Source: Callorhinchus milii (taxonomy: Eukaryota). From it: a stretch of DNA of 64,000 nt. Positions 25,593 to 37,590 of the stretch are shown in pieces. The position numbers and the translations under genes were made by a program. The notes beneath the pieces are model-generated. The model was given only the letters and a program-made list of their open reading frames with translations, was not told where the DNA came from and ran no database searches. Each line of letters opens with the position of its first letter. Positions within the stretch are counted from its first letter, which is position 1. The stretch covers positions 131,442,001 to 131,506,000 of the forward strand of contig NW_024704742.1 of the NCBI RefSeq assembly GCF_018977255.1, in the 5' to 3' direction.

Positions 25593-26070
25593 ACAACAAC
25601 AACAAATTGCATTTAAATAGCGCTTTTGATGTTAGGAGGATGTCCCAGACTGCTGCACAGTCGAGGGCTTGGACCTGAGTTGAGAGTTAGATTTGGGAGG
25701 GGACAAGGGGAGGTGCGGTTGGGAAGATGACCGAAGGCGCAGTCAAAGAAGAAGGTCTTGAGATGGATCTTGAATGAGCTGAGGCAAGGGGTGAAGTGAA
25801 GGGACTCTGGGGTGGAGTTCCAGAGAGTGAGGCAGAAAGCCTGACAGCTGATGGTGGTGTGGGAAGGACAGAAGCAAGTCAGTGGCTGCCAAGGTGAGGG
25901 AGCGGGCAGATTCATAGGGTTTTAGAAGGTCACAGAGGTTGGGGGTGGGGGGCAAGACCATGGAGGGCTTTAAAAATAAGGATGAAGATCTTGAACCCGA
26001 CCCTTTGGGGGATGGGGAGTTAGCAGAGTTGGGCGAGGATGGGAGTGATCGGCTCGTGGAGCTCAGGCAT
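25593..26070 (-). mobile_element. L2-clade LINE 3' end
   Basis: Encodes QAFCLTLWNSTPESLHFTPCLSSFKIHLKTFFFDCAF; (TTG)n tail. Confidence 0.8.
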
Positions 26071-28149
26071 GAATTTGTGACAAGATCAATAATATGACAC
26101 AATTTGCATAAGGACATAGTCAGCGCTGTACGCCTAAGTGTGAACGAATGAATATTAACTTCTATCCTCACGCACCAGTGCCCAGTGGATGGTTACAAGA
26201 CTTGGAACGATTGGGAATAATGCCAGCAGCGAGAAAGCACTAAACACAGACTAATGTCTGACCACTGCCAAAAAACATCAGAGAGTTGTGGAATGCATTT
26301 TTGATTGCAGACTACAGTGTTCAAAATGCATTATCATTAGGGCCCCTATTATTATAAACACCCACCTTCCATATTCAGTATAAAATTGACCATTGTCTCA
26401 ATGCACTCTGGACTGTAACTGTCCTGATTTGTGAAAATCCCATTGCCTTGGTCGATGCATTTATCCAACAGAGAAGAATTACTTCCCGCCCCTACCTTCC
26501 CGTGCTACACTCAAAGCCAACAATCCCCCAAATAAAATTGATCATTCACTTCATGGCTTCTGTAGAACATTGCTGTGCATAAATTAGCTGGTACGTTTTG
26601 CCTACAAAATACACGCTGCACTTTACATTGCATCACATGAAGCATTTTGAGAAATTCTCCTGAAAGATTCTGTATCAAATAGAGGAATTATTATTACTAT
26701 TATCTGGACTAATGTCTACCTTTAAGCGGTCCGACACTCCATGCAGAGTGAAGGGTGCTATATAAATACAAGTTGTTGTTGTACCTGTTGGGAGAAAGGA
26801 ATTTCTCTTGGTGTCCCAGATATTCCTCTAGATAAATCAGTCAGTCACTTCACGGCTGTTTGTAGGACCTCAGCAATAGCAAGTTGGCTACAAATGCTCA
26901 GTCACTACACTTGAGAGCGATTTCCTGTGACGCATTTTCAAACCAAAACTTCACAAGTGTTTTTCTGAGCCCAGAGGCTTTTTCAGATACTCTAACCCAC
27001 GCTTTAATTGTTTTTTATTAAACAAGACATCGTGTTGCATTTTCACGTGTATAACTGAGTGTGTTGGGGACTGACTGTGAAGCATATACCCAAAGCAGTT
27101 TTTATTTCTTCCATCTCTGCTTCCAAAATCTTTCGAAAACCCCTAACTCTTAGAGTGTTCCTTCAGTCAAATCCCTCTTTAATTTCCCCACCTCCTCATT
27201 TTCCAACATTGCGATTCATTTTGAATCATTCTCTGCAAAGCGCTTCGAGACATTATCTAACGCAAAAACAGGCTGTGTAAATGCAAGTTGTTGTATTTGG
27301 GAGCGTGGCCTTTTTTTTAAACAGCGCGATCATGCTTGTCTGGATGAAACTCCGCGAGCCAGGCTGAGTAACTGCTTCCTTTATCTCACAGCAATTCATC
27401 ATCGCAAGTGACATGTTTCCATGGTTCTCGTGTAATTGAAAGCAACACCGGGTGCTCCAGGCTAGGACGCACCGCACACGTGGGAGGGAGGAGGGAGGGT
27501 TGAAAGAAGAGTGGGGGGGGAGAAGAAATGAACCAGGTGTAATGCACCCTGGTGGCAGGCAGTGTGTGAAAGCAGAAAAATAAACTACTCCTGCATTTCC
27601 TGGCTCTCTGCTAAGAAACAATTATCTGAATGTAATTCCGTGTAATTTATTCGGAAAGTACAATCGCCTAACTTTAGAAAACAATAACCGTTACCGCTTT
27701 TATTGAACAAAGGGGACTTTTATTTTTTTTAGAAAAACAATGTTTTTCATTATATTTTATTAGCAACCAAACGACCACGACTGCACAATAAAATTAGTAT
27801 AATTGTCTAATATTCTACGCCACTTGAATTTTTGTTGACTGTGGATGAGACGGTCATAACAGAATTCATTTTGTGTTTTTGTTCTTTCTCCAGGTTTTTT
27901 CCTCCTGCCTCCCTTCTTCCCTGTCTCCTCCCTGCCACCCACTCCTACATATCCTATGTGCTGATGTACAACTGTAGGGAAAGCAGGATAGTGGGGGTAC
28001 AATTGTCATGTCTTTAACGTATTCGATGTGCTAATTAACACACTGAATCTGTTTCGGAAATGTCGCCAATTTTCATCCCAATCTAAAATAAAATATTTCG
28101 TAAGACTTCTGCGCATTGGAGAAGTGAGTCAAACACATTGACTGCTGTG

Positions 28150-28595
28150 ATAATAATAACAATAATAATAATAATTCTTACGTTTGATATTGCGTCTTCC
28201 ATGTCAAGAGGACGTGTCAAATCACTTCATAGGATTTTGCTGTAAAGTGTAGTGACTGTGTATTTTGTAATCAAACATGACAGTATGTCCCATAAAGCAG
28301 CCATGGAATGAATGACCTGTTTTTTGGGGGGGATTGTTGGCCAGGACACCAGGAGAAACTCCCTTCTCTTTTCGAATAGCGCTATGGTATATTTAATGTC
28401 CACCAGAACAGGCATTCGGGGCCTTGGTTTAATGATTTGTCTGAAGGACAGAACCTCAAAGAAAGCTGTGTTCCCTCCAGCACTGCATTTGAATGTCTAA
28501 CTAGACTATGTGAGTTCCAAGTCCTAATATGGGGCTTGAACCACAACCTTCTGACTTAGAGGCGAAAGTGCTACCAACTGAGCCAGGTTGACATA
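28150..28595 (-). mobile_element. SINE family B, full length
   Basis: tRNA head, Deu-like domain, ATT tail. Confidence 0.85.
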
Positions 28596-28944
28596 CTGTT
28601 AGGCTGGAATGGGGGTGTGGGGGGTGGTGGCGTGAGAGGACAATGAGAAAAGGATTGGGCTTGGCTACAAAGCTTGGCTGACACTGACTGAAATCCCATT
28701 ATGAAGAGATGCTGAAAAGATGGCCTTGTTTTAGCAATCAGCGTCAAAATAAACCAGAATGTCTAGACTGGTGAGTGGAAATAAAATGTGGGTGAGTGAC
28801 TGAAAGGCTGGATATTTATATGGGGGGAGGAGAGGGCGAGCGAAAGATTCAGGAGAACTCAGGAGAGTGAGTTAAAGGAAACAAAGAAGGAGATTACTCC
28901 TGACGAATTGGGGCACAATCTGCACATTTCATTCTGAAATGTTG

Positions 28945-29380
28945 TGTCAGCCTGGCTCAGTTGGTAACACTCTCGCCTCTGAGCCAGAAAGTTGTGGGTT
29001 CAAGCCCCACATTGTAGCTCACACAGTCTAGGCTGATACTCCAGATGCAATGCTGGGGATGCGTTGAGTTGTCGGAAGTGCCATCCTTCAGATGAGACTT
29101 TAAGTTGATGTTAAGTCTGCCTGTTTCTGGTGGACGTTAAAGATCCCTTGGCACTGCCAGAAAAGAGAAGGGCATTTCTCAGGTGACCTGGTCAACAATC
29201 CTCCAGATAGAATTAGTCATTAATTTAATGGTTGTTTGTGGTACATTGCTGTGCACAGATTGGCTCTCACTTTCGCCTACAAAATACACAGTCACCACAC
29301 TTTACAGTAAATCCTGTGAAGCGCTTTGAGATGTCCCCCCAAAGTGAAAGGTGCTATATCAAATGCAAAGATCGTTATTA
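28945..29380 (+). mobile_element. SINE family B, full length
   Basis: TGTCAGCCTGGCTCAGTTGG head; GATGAGAC...TTAAAGATCCC...GGCAC Deu-like core; shared tail. Confidence 0.88.
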
Positions 29381-29705
29381 ACACTAATACAGTAAACATC
29401 AAAATGGGATACAAACGGGATACAAATTTGAACCTCTTTTTACCATTCAGATCTAATGCTGCAACACTGAGGATTTACAGCTGTTAAGATCTGTGTGTCT
29501 GCTCCAGATCTGCCGTCTATTTTTTTACGCTTTCTTTGTTCTCTGATCCACAGATGCTGACACCTCTGCTGCAGGGCTGTCTGAATTGAAGCCATTTCAC
29601 TGACAACAGGGACCAGTCCTTAAAGAAAAAATCAGGGAGCAAACGAACAGAACAAAACCATAAGCCCTCATGAAAATGGGGCACATTTACTTCACCGCAA
29701 GATCA

Positions 29706-29989
29706 GGGGCCCGTAATTCCACCCAGTCTTAGCCTGCGAGGCCATTTTATCTGTCAAATTTAAGATGGGGGTCTGAAATCGCAAGGATTGCTTTAAATTG
29801 CTGAGGGTTTTTTTGTTTCTTAATTCGCAAAGTGGTGCTTTTTTGTTCCCCACCCAACGACTGCGTCAAAACCGGCTTGCGAATTGAAAGCAAAATAATT
29901 ATTGAAGAAACCTTCACAATTCTCCGGCATCTTAAATCTCGAGACAAAATGGCCTCGAAGGCTCAGACTGGGTAGATTTTCAGGTCTCT
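29706..29989. mobile_element. Palindromic MITE-like non-autonomous DNA element
   Basis: Imperfect terminal inverted repeats of ~60 nt (ACCCAGTCTTAGCCTGCGAGGCCATTTT...TTTAAGATG versus CATCTTAAA...AAAATGGCCTCGAAGGCTCAGACTGGGT) plus internal inverted segments. Confidence 0.7.
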
Positions 29990-31110
29990 TTAGCTAAGGA
30001 TACTGAGGGTCTCTAGTGGAGAATTCTGAGGATTTCTAGCTGACTATACGGGGGGTCCCTAACACAGCACACAGGGGCTGTCCAGCCACGGACACTGGTC
30101 AAAGAGCTCATCGAGGGCACCGAAGGTCTCCAGCCAACAATATTGAGGGTCTTTAGTGAAGGATACAAAGGGTCCCTGGTCGAGGATATGGGGAATTGCT
30201 TGTCAAGGATACAGGTGGTTCCGAGCTTAGTGTCTCTAGAAGAGAATATCTAGCTATTGATATCGATGGTCTCTGGCTATTAATACTTGAGGTCTCCCAC
30301 TGCCTCTTCGAGCTCCTCCAATCTAGCTTCCGACCTGCCTACAGCACCGAGACTGACTGGGTTAAAATCGCAGACAAAGCTGTCTCCATCTGCAACTAGG
30401 GCTTGCTTTGCAATCTTTGTTTTCCTCAAGTGTTGAGCCGTGTTCATCACTTGTCCGCACCCCCACTCCTTCAGCAACCGCTGTCCACCTCCCCACCACC
30501 GCTCCTACCCCCCTCCCCCCCAGGCAGCTGTGTGAAGCGCTTTGAGACATCTTCCCGGCATGAAAAGGTACAAGTTAAATGAAAAATTGTTTCCTCAAGC
30601 CAAGAATAACGGGGGTCTGTAGATAGGGATACTGTGAGTTTGCATTTGAGAATACAGGAGGTCTCGATATAAGAATACAATAACAATAACTTGCATTTAT
30701 ATAGTGCCCTTCACGCTGGACGGTGACTCAGGAACATTTAACTATCGAGACTCTATATTTGAAGATACTGAGGGTTTATAGTGAAGGATATTGGGTGTCT
30801 TTAGTCAGGATATGGATCTCTATTCAAGGATAATGAAGATCTGTGGTTGAGGAAAATGGGTTGCTCACCATCGGAGGGCGAGCTTTCAACCATTCTCTTC
30901 CCTCTCTGTGGAACACCATCCCAGAGACCCTCCGTCTCGCCCTCAACCCCCATCTTTAAACCCTACCTTTCCTTTCATCTGCCTTCACTCTGAGACATCC
31001 TCCTGACATGAAAGGCACTATATAAATGTAAAAATGTTGTTGTCCATAGTCAGAGATACTGGGAATCTCTCGTCAAGGATACAGAGGGTCTCTAGATGAG
31101 GATGCTGTTC
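29990..31110. repeat. Degenerate ~23-nt minisatellite (AAGGATACTGAGGGTCTCTAGTG-like), split by L2 fragments
   Basis: Recurring variants at ~29995-30290, ~30760-30855 and ~31045-31105. Confidence 0.65.
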
Positions 31111-31670
31111 TGACTGATTGTCTGTCAGACATCAAGTACTGTTTGAGCTCTAACTTTCCTCACTCAATAAGACCTCTGTTTGGCTCCGATCAGCGTCTTC
31201 TCACCTCAATCACTGTCCACATCGACTTGCTCAGATGCTCACTCCACCTCATGGAGCTGGTACGGAATATTGCGGATTTGTTTGACCCCCCCCATCCCGA
31301 CTATCCTTCAAGCCCTACATTAAGTTTCCCACTCGCTCGTTTTCCCCTCATCTTTTCAACATCGCCCACATTTGCCAGTACATCTCTCCCCTTCATCCAT
31401 GCCTTCCTCACTTCCGGGCACGATTATTCCAACACCCTGCAAGGTAGACTCCCCATGTCTTCCCTACACAAGTTACAGACCATCCAGAACTCTGCTACCA
31501 CTGTCCTCTCCCGAACTAGCTCCGTACACTTATCACACCATCCTTGCTTGGCTCTATTGGCTCTTTATCCCTCCGTAGATCAAATTCAAGATCCTCGTTG
31601 TCAAGTTCCAATCTCTGAACAACCTCGCTCCTCCCTTACTCTGCAACCTCCTGCATCATTAAATCATGTT
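31105..31670 (+). mobile_element. L2-clade LINE ORF2 (post-RT region) relic
   Basis: ORF 31143-31835 contains IHAFLTSGHDYSNTLQGRLPMSSLHKLQTIQNSATTVLSR, a decayed IHAFITSRLDYCNSLLxGLP...KLQxVQNxAARxL motif. Confidence 0.75.
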
Positions 31671-32045
31671 GCTTCATGTGCCTTCCAGGAAGGCAGAGAG
31701 GTGGGGACACGACCGAAGGCACGATCGAAGAGGAGGGTCTTGAGACCAGCCTTGAAGGAGGCAAGGGAGGAAGCGAGAAACCTTAAACCACTCACCCCCC
31801 TCTCGTTTGCTCAAACCCCGATCCATCTCTTGTGAAGTGCTTTGAAATGTTAACCTACACGAGAGGTGTTGTATAAATGTAGGATATTGTTGTTGTCTCT
31901 AGGTGAGAAAACTCGACCTTCAGCATTGTTGTCTCTGGTGATCTACACCAGCTGTTCTTTAGAAGATTTTTATTTTTATTATTATGATTCTATGATTAAT
32001 CGCAGTTCAGAAACGATACGCAATAAGAAGCGAGCTGGAAAGAAG

Positions 32046-32480
32046 GATTAATAATAATAATAAAAATAATAATCCTTACATTTGGTATTGCATCTTTTAA
32101 CGTCAAGGTGATGATTTAATGCGGTTCACAAGATTTCCTGCAAAGTGCAGTGACTGTGTTCCTTTTTGAAGGAGAACGCAACAGCTAATTTACGCAGAGT
32201 AATGTCTCACAAACAGCCATGAAATGAATGAACCAATTTTATTTGTGGGATGGCTGGCCAGGACACTAGGAGAAACTCCCTTCTCTTTTCGAACAGTGCC
32301 ATGAGATTTTTAACGTCACCCGAACAGGCAGATGGGACCTCGGTTTTAATAACAACGCATCCTGCATTGCATTGGGTGCCCTCAAGACCCTGAAGGGCGC
32401 TAATATAAATGCAAGCTGTTGTGGTTACATTGGAGTGGACAATTTGAGTTCAAAATCCTGACGTGGAACTTCAACCCACA
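32046..32480 (-). mobile_element. SINE family B, interrupted
   Basis: Tail, Deu-like core and partial head. Confidence 0.75.
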
Positions 32481-34959
32481 AACCATCAATAAAAAAACAG
32501 CAAAATAAAATAATACATTTTTAACAATGGGTTTAGAAAAACTGGGAACAGGAACACAGATTCAATGGGCCAAATAGCCACCATCTGTGCAGCAAATACC
32601 TACATCTCCATGCTTAGAAAGAGAGAGGTGATCAACAAATAGGTTGGGTATCCTAACCTAATAAATTAATAAGGGTAAAAGAATAATAACTTTTTCCGGT
32701 TGGAATCTTTTCAAGTAGGCTTGACATAAAAACATCTCATAAAGTGGAACTAAGCAATGTGGGGTGGGGGGTGGGGGGGACTTCTTTTTATGGGTATGAA
32801 AGCTGGGCTTTGTAACAGAGACCGTGTTTTGTCAGAGAACCTTTTCAGGACATCTGTGGCCCAACATCGTCCAGTTCGCCGAGTCTTTTTAAAGGGACAA
32901 TTTCTTCAGGCAAGAACTTATCGTCTCTATATAGCGTTTGCTTTGCTTCACGATAGCACATTGTTCGCCACAGATGGTGTTCCCTTTAAGGACTCTCTCT
33001 CTCTCTCTCTCTCTCACGGCTCCTGATATCCCAGTTAGTACCACATGCTCATTTTACCCAAGTGCAGCCGAAGAACTCTCTACTGGGTTGCAGCAGTCTT
33101 CCTATTCATCTAAACATGCCTCTTTTTTTTTACCCTTCAGTTGTTAGGTCAAAGGTTCCCCCATCCAAGCCATTAATTGCTGCTCATGCCTCTCACTAAT
33201 GTAAGTTATGTTTTCTTTTTAAACCATCGCCTGTTCACTCATTCACTGAGGTTTCCCCATCCCCAGGTCACAGCTAGCACATTATTAAGAGGCACTAATT
33301 ACAACCCACAGTCTATTCTACAGGGTGGTCTCTTGTCTTTGCCTGAAAAAAGCAGTAATAAATAATTATTTTCCTTCCCCCACCTGTCCACCCCATCCCA
33401 CCCCATCTCTCGCTTTTCCCCTCAAGTTCGATTCCCCAATTCCTACCCATCCTCTTTCAATAGAATTTCCTCCCCCCGGCCCCCCAACACCACATAAATG
33501 GAACCGGATAAGTACCTGAGTCTTTAAAAAAAAACGACAAAGGCATATACGGAAAGAGCTTGAGAACCAGATCGATAAAAAGAAACAGCACTGTCGTAGA
33601 CACGATGGGTTGAACAGCCCCTTCTGTGTCGTGTGAAATTCACAGTGTTCTATAATAATAACAACAATAATCCTTGCCTTTGATATAGTACCTTATCATG
33701 TCGTTGAGAGATCTCAAAGCACATCTTGTTGAGACATCTTTACAGTGTATTCACAGAATATGCTGTAAAGTGAATTGATTGAATATTTTGTGGACGAAAC
33801 CCGGCAACCAATTGCGCACAGCAGAATAATTCCTCCCTTGTGTTGTCATTGTCCAAACTCCCACTTCCCCCCCCTCAACCAACACCCACCCCGGGTCAGA
33901 TGCCCAGTCGGCTCTGTGAGGTGCTTTGAGCCATCCTGCCGACGTTATAAGCTCTGCGTAAACCACAAATTGATGTCGTGATAATTATCGAACGGAATGT
34001 GTTGCCGAATGCAGTGAATTTCACCCCTAAGTTTCCTTTGATATATGGGGGGGGTGGTGGTGGGGCGGGTGAGATAGGTCACATCACATCTTGTAGCAAT
34101 GAGCTAACAAAGAGTGTTTACCTTTTAGCTACATGCTTCTGGTCCTGTGTGTGGTTTTCTCTCTCTCCCTCTATCTTGTGTTGTTAGGGCACAGCAGTGC
34201 GTTTCCAGGGAGAGTCCAAAGTAACAGGCCACCCCTGTGAACTTCTCCCTAAGTGAGCGCTGGGAGGGAAATGACATGACACAACGGGACGGAACTAAAC
34301 AGGACAGGGACTGGACGGGACAGGATGGTTGATCAACGCTAAGTCTCTGAGCCCAACTCCCTGTGGGTTGGGAGTCCAAAGCATGCAGAGATTGCAGCCG
34401 ACTCCAGCAACCTTAGCTAACAGGTGGCGTTACCTACACTCTGGGAAGATGGAGTGTGTCATTACTGACAGGTCACAATTCGTTTCTCTGACACAGCAGC
34501 TCATATTTGCTGCACCTGCTATCATTTGTTTACACGGCACAGGATGTATTATTCCTAGCGGTCTGCAATGTATCATTCTCTCCCTTTCAGTCATTTTCTC
34601 TTTCCTTCATCTCCGCTATACCTACAGCACAGCTGTACACTCTTAACCCTTCGAGGCCCAGGGCCGCATTTGCTATAAGGACACCCATTTCTCTAACTGC
34701 ACCAGCCTCGGGCAGCCCCCAGTGTAAAGTCCGGCTGAGAGGCACCAGCGACTGCTCTTTAAATACTACCTGGCGACGTTGCAGCATTAAAAATTTACTC
34801 AAGAGTTTTTCAAACCTGAAAGTGCATCCGATCCTCAGTGGGAGGAAGTTCGGATACGAGAATGCTTACAGCGCAGAAGGAAGTCCATCCAGACCCATCA
34901 TGTCTGTCCTGGCACACACACTCCCATGCAGTGGGGCTATTTGCTCATATCCGATTTAG

Positions 34960-35405
34960 ATGTCAGCCTGGCTCAATTGGTAGTACTCTCTCTCTCTCTC
35001 TCTCTCTTGCATCTCTTGAGTCAGAAGGTTGTGAGCCCAAGCCCAGACTTCACAGTCTAGACTGACATTCCAGTACAGGCCTCATCATTGTCGGAGGTGC
35101 CGTCCTTCAGATGAGAAGATAACCCAAACCTTGCCCGCTTATTCTCGTGGACGTCAAAGTTCCCGCGGTGCTATTCGAAAAGAGCAGGCGGTTTCTCCTG
35201 GTGCCCTGACCAACAAACCCCTGACCTGCCCTCCTCCACTAGGATAAAACTGACCATACACCTCATTGCCTGTTTGTGTCCACAAATTGTGCTGCCAACA
35301 TTTTCCATAAAAAATACACAGTCACTACACTTGCAGCAATTCCTTTCGAGACATTTTGCTGTTTACAGGTGTGGTATCAAACGTAAGGATTATTGTCATT
35401 ATTAA
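34960..35405 (+). mobile_element. SINE family B with (CT)n expansion in the head
   Basis: Head, Deu-like core and tail. Confidence 0.8.
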
Positions 35406-35752
35406 TCCTGCTTTCCCACTCTTCCCCTCTCCCTACCCCTTTATATCCTGTGTTATTAGTTTTATTCCAACAAGTCCCTTCGAAAACCTGGCTCAGGACT
35501 CAGCTGGGACAGTCATTTTTGCTAAGGTATATTTACAGCATTCTTGTTAACTGTATCCACTGGATGCAGGAATTCTGCGTTTAAGTAAAAATATTCTCTT
35601 TCAGTCCCTATTAAATCCTGAAGTTGCAATGTACCCTCTCTCTCTTCATGTCATGTGATGTCAGGCCACACAAACAAAACTCAGCAATCCTAAAACACAA
35701 TGCTTTAGAAACACTGCTGAGATGCCAACTCCAGTGTAAAGCGAAGGGAAAT

Positions 35753-36065
35753 ATAATAATAATAATCCTTGCATTTGATATAGCGCTTTTCACGTCTTCT
35801 CGACGTCTCAAAGCGCTTCACAGAATATACTGTAAAGTGAATTGACTGTACACTTGTGGGCAAACGCGGCAGCCAATTGCGCACAGCAATGTCCCACAAA
35901 CAGTCATGGATTGAAAATGACCAATTTATTACTGTTTTTTTTGGAGGGATTATTATTAGGCGTGTGGAGTAAGGAAACTTGCCCAAGGTTTCGCCCTGCC
36001 TGGAATTGGACTCAGGTCTCTCACTTGCAAAGCGAGTGCTCTAACCACTGAGCTACAGGACTCCA
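35753..36065 (-). mobile_element. SINE family A, short form, full length
   Basis: Intact tRNA-like head and tail; closely similar to 984-1311. Confidence 0.9.
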
Positions 36066-36177
36066 GGAAAGTCCTAAAAGGGTTAACGGATGCGAAAAAA
36101 AAAGACAAGTAGATAAATAGAAAACTGCCTATTTTCCCTTTTTGGAGTGTGTGCAAATGCTGTAAGAGGCTAAAATC

Positions 36178-36365
36178 TAAAATTCCACCTAGTTTTAGAC
36201 TGAGGGACAGGGCTGAATTATGATAAGACTTAAATTGAGTCTTAATTTGAAGCCTTTTTCAAGAGAAGAAAACATGAAGGGTGAATTTAAGTGTTGACTA
36301 TAAATTTGGTCCCATGGTAAATTTTAAGTCAAAATGGTTCTAAAGCTATAACTAGGTGGAATTTT
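36178..36365. mobile_element. Second palindromic MITE-like element
   Basis: AAAATTCCACCTAGTTTTAG near 36180 is inverted as CTATAACTAGGTGGAATTTT near 36346-36365; terminus resembles AATTCCACCCAGT of the 29706 element. Confidence 0.5.
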
Positions 36366-36439
36366 GAGCTCCAGTCATCGCTGGTGATTTGGGTGACTGG
36401 GTGTTCAACTGAGTCTTTGAGCTGACAGTGCGGAATCAA

Positions 36440-36830
36440 CCACCACAACAAGAACAATTTACATTTATATAGTGTTGCGTCTCTCACGTCAGGAAGACAT
36501 CTCAAAATGCTTCACACAATTAATTGGGAGCCTGAACTGCGTGCGTGTGTGGTGGAGGCTGAAGACAGAGAAAGAGATAGAAGAGAGAGGGAGCTGACAA
36601 GTGGAGGGGAAATATGGGGGAAAGCACAATCGAAGAGATAGGTCTTCAGATGAGTTTTGAAGGTGGGAAGAGGCAAGGAGCAGTGACTGCAGGAAGCAAA
36701 GTAGAGCATGAGGGGGTCGTGGAGCAGGCCTGTGTTTGCTGAGCAGTGAGCAGTGCGTCACAGAGGTAGGTGGCAATGAGGCTGTGGAAGCATTTGAAAG
36801 TGAGGGCCAGAATGGATTAGGGACAAAGTC
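36440..36830 (-). mobile_element. L2-clade LINE 3' end, degenerate
   Basis: LPTFKTHLKTYLFDCAF motif and terminal hairpin. Confidence 0.7.
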
Positions 36831-37229
36831 CACAGAGTGGTTCAGCAGATCAGTAACACACGCATAGATACCTGTTGTTCCTGGTGTACCCGGCACTAAC
36901 CCAACCCAGGAAGGATTATCAGGGCTGTTATCACAAAACACTGCAGATGGAAAGCATCCAACATCAGCTGAACATTTTCAGCTTTACCAGCTTGTGACAA
37001 CAGTCCTGATAACTCTTCCAACTCATTAATATTGTACCTATCTGCCAGACCTTCAGTGTTTTTATTAAATGATAAAACTATTATGAATCTTTTAATAAAA
37101 GATTGTGGTTATTACCAGGAGCCAGTTATAATCTGTGAATGCAAATGTTATTTTTTCTATGTATTGGTACCCACGAGGACATGTTTCCTGGGAGCTTTGC
37201 ATTTATTTTGTTATTTTGTTTTGTTAGAC

Positions 37230-37590
37230 CTCATTCTGGCTCAGTTGATAGCACTCTTGGCTCCCAAATCAGAAGTTTGTGGGTTCAAACCCATGCAGGA
37301 CTATGAGGCTGACACTCTCAAATGCAGTCCTGGGTTTGCACTGCATTGATGGAGATATCTTTTCGATGAGATGTTAAACCATGTTACTGACAGGTGGATG
37401 TTAACAATTCAATGGCACTATATGAAAAGTGAGAAGGGAGTTTTTCCCTGTGTCCTGGCCAACAACTCTCCAGATAATTTAGTCATTCACTTGAAAGCTG
37501 TTTATGGGACATTGCTGTGCACAAATTGGTTGTCTCATTTGTCTACTAATGCACAGTCACTGCCTTTACAGAAAAAGCACTTTAAGACAT
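37230..37590 (+). mobile_element. SINE family B
   Basis: Head, Deu-like core and truncated tail. Confidence 0.75.

Noticed and set aside
29990..31110. CRISPR-like array
   Set aside because: Units are contiguous and degenerate with no unique spacers, there are no cas genes, and the context is vertebrate.
33080..33112. AG|ATG AAT AGG on the minus strand as candidate CELF exon 3 (MNR...)
   Set aside because: Continues KTAATQ-stop instead of PIQVKPAD and has no polypyrimidine tract.
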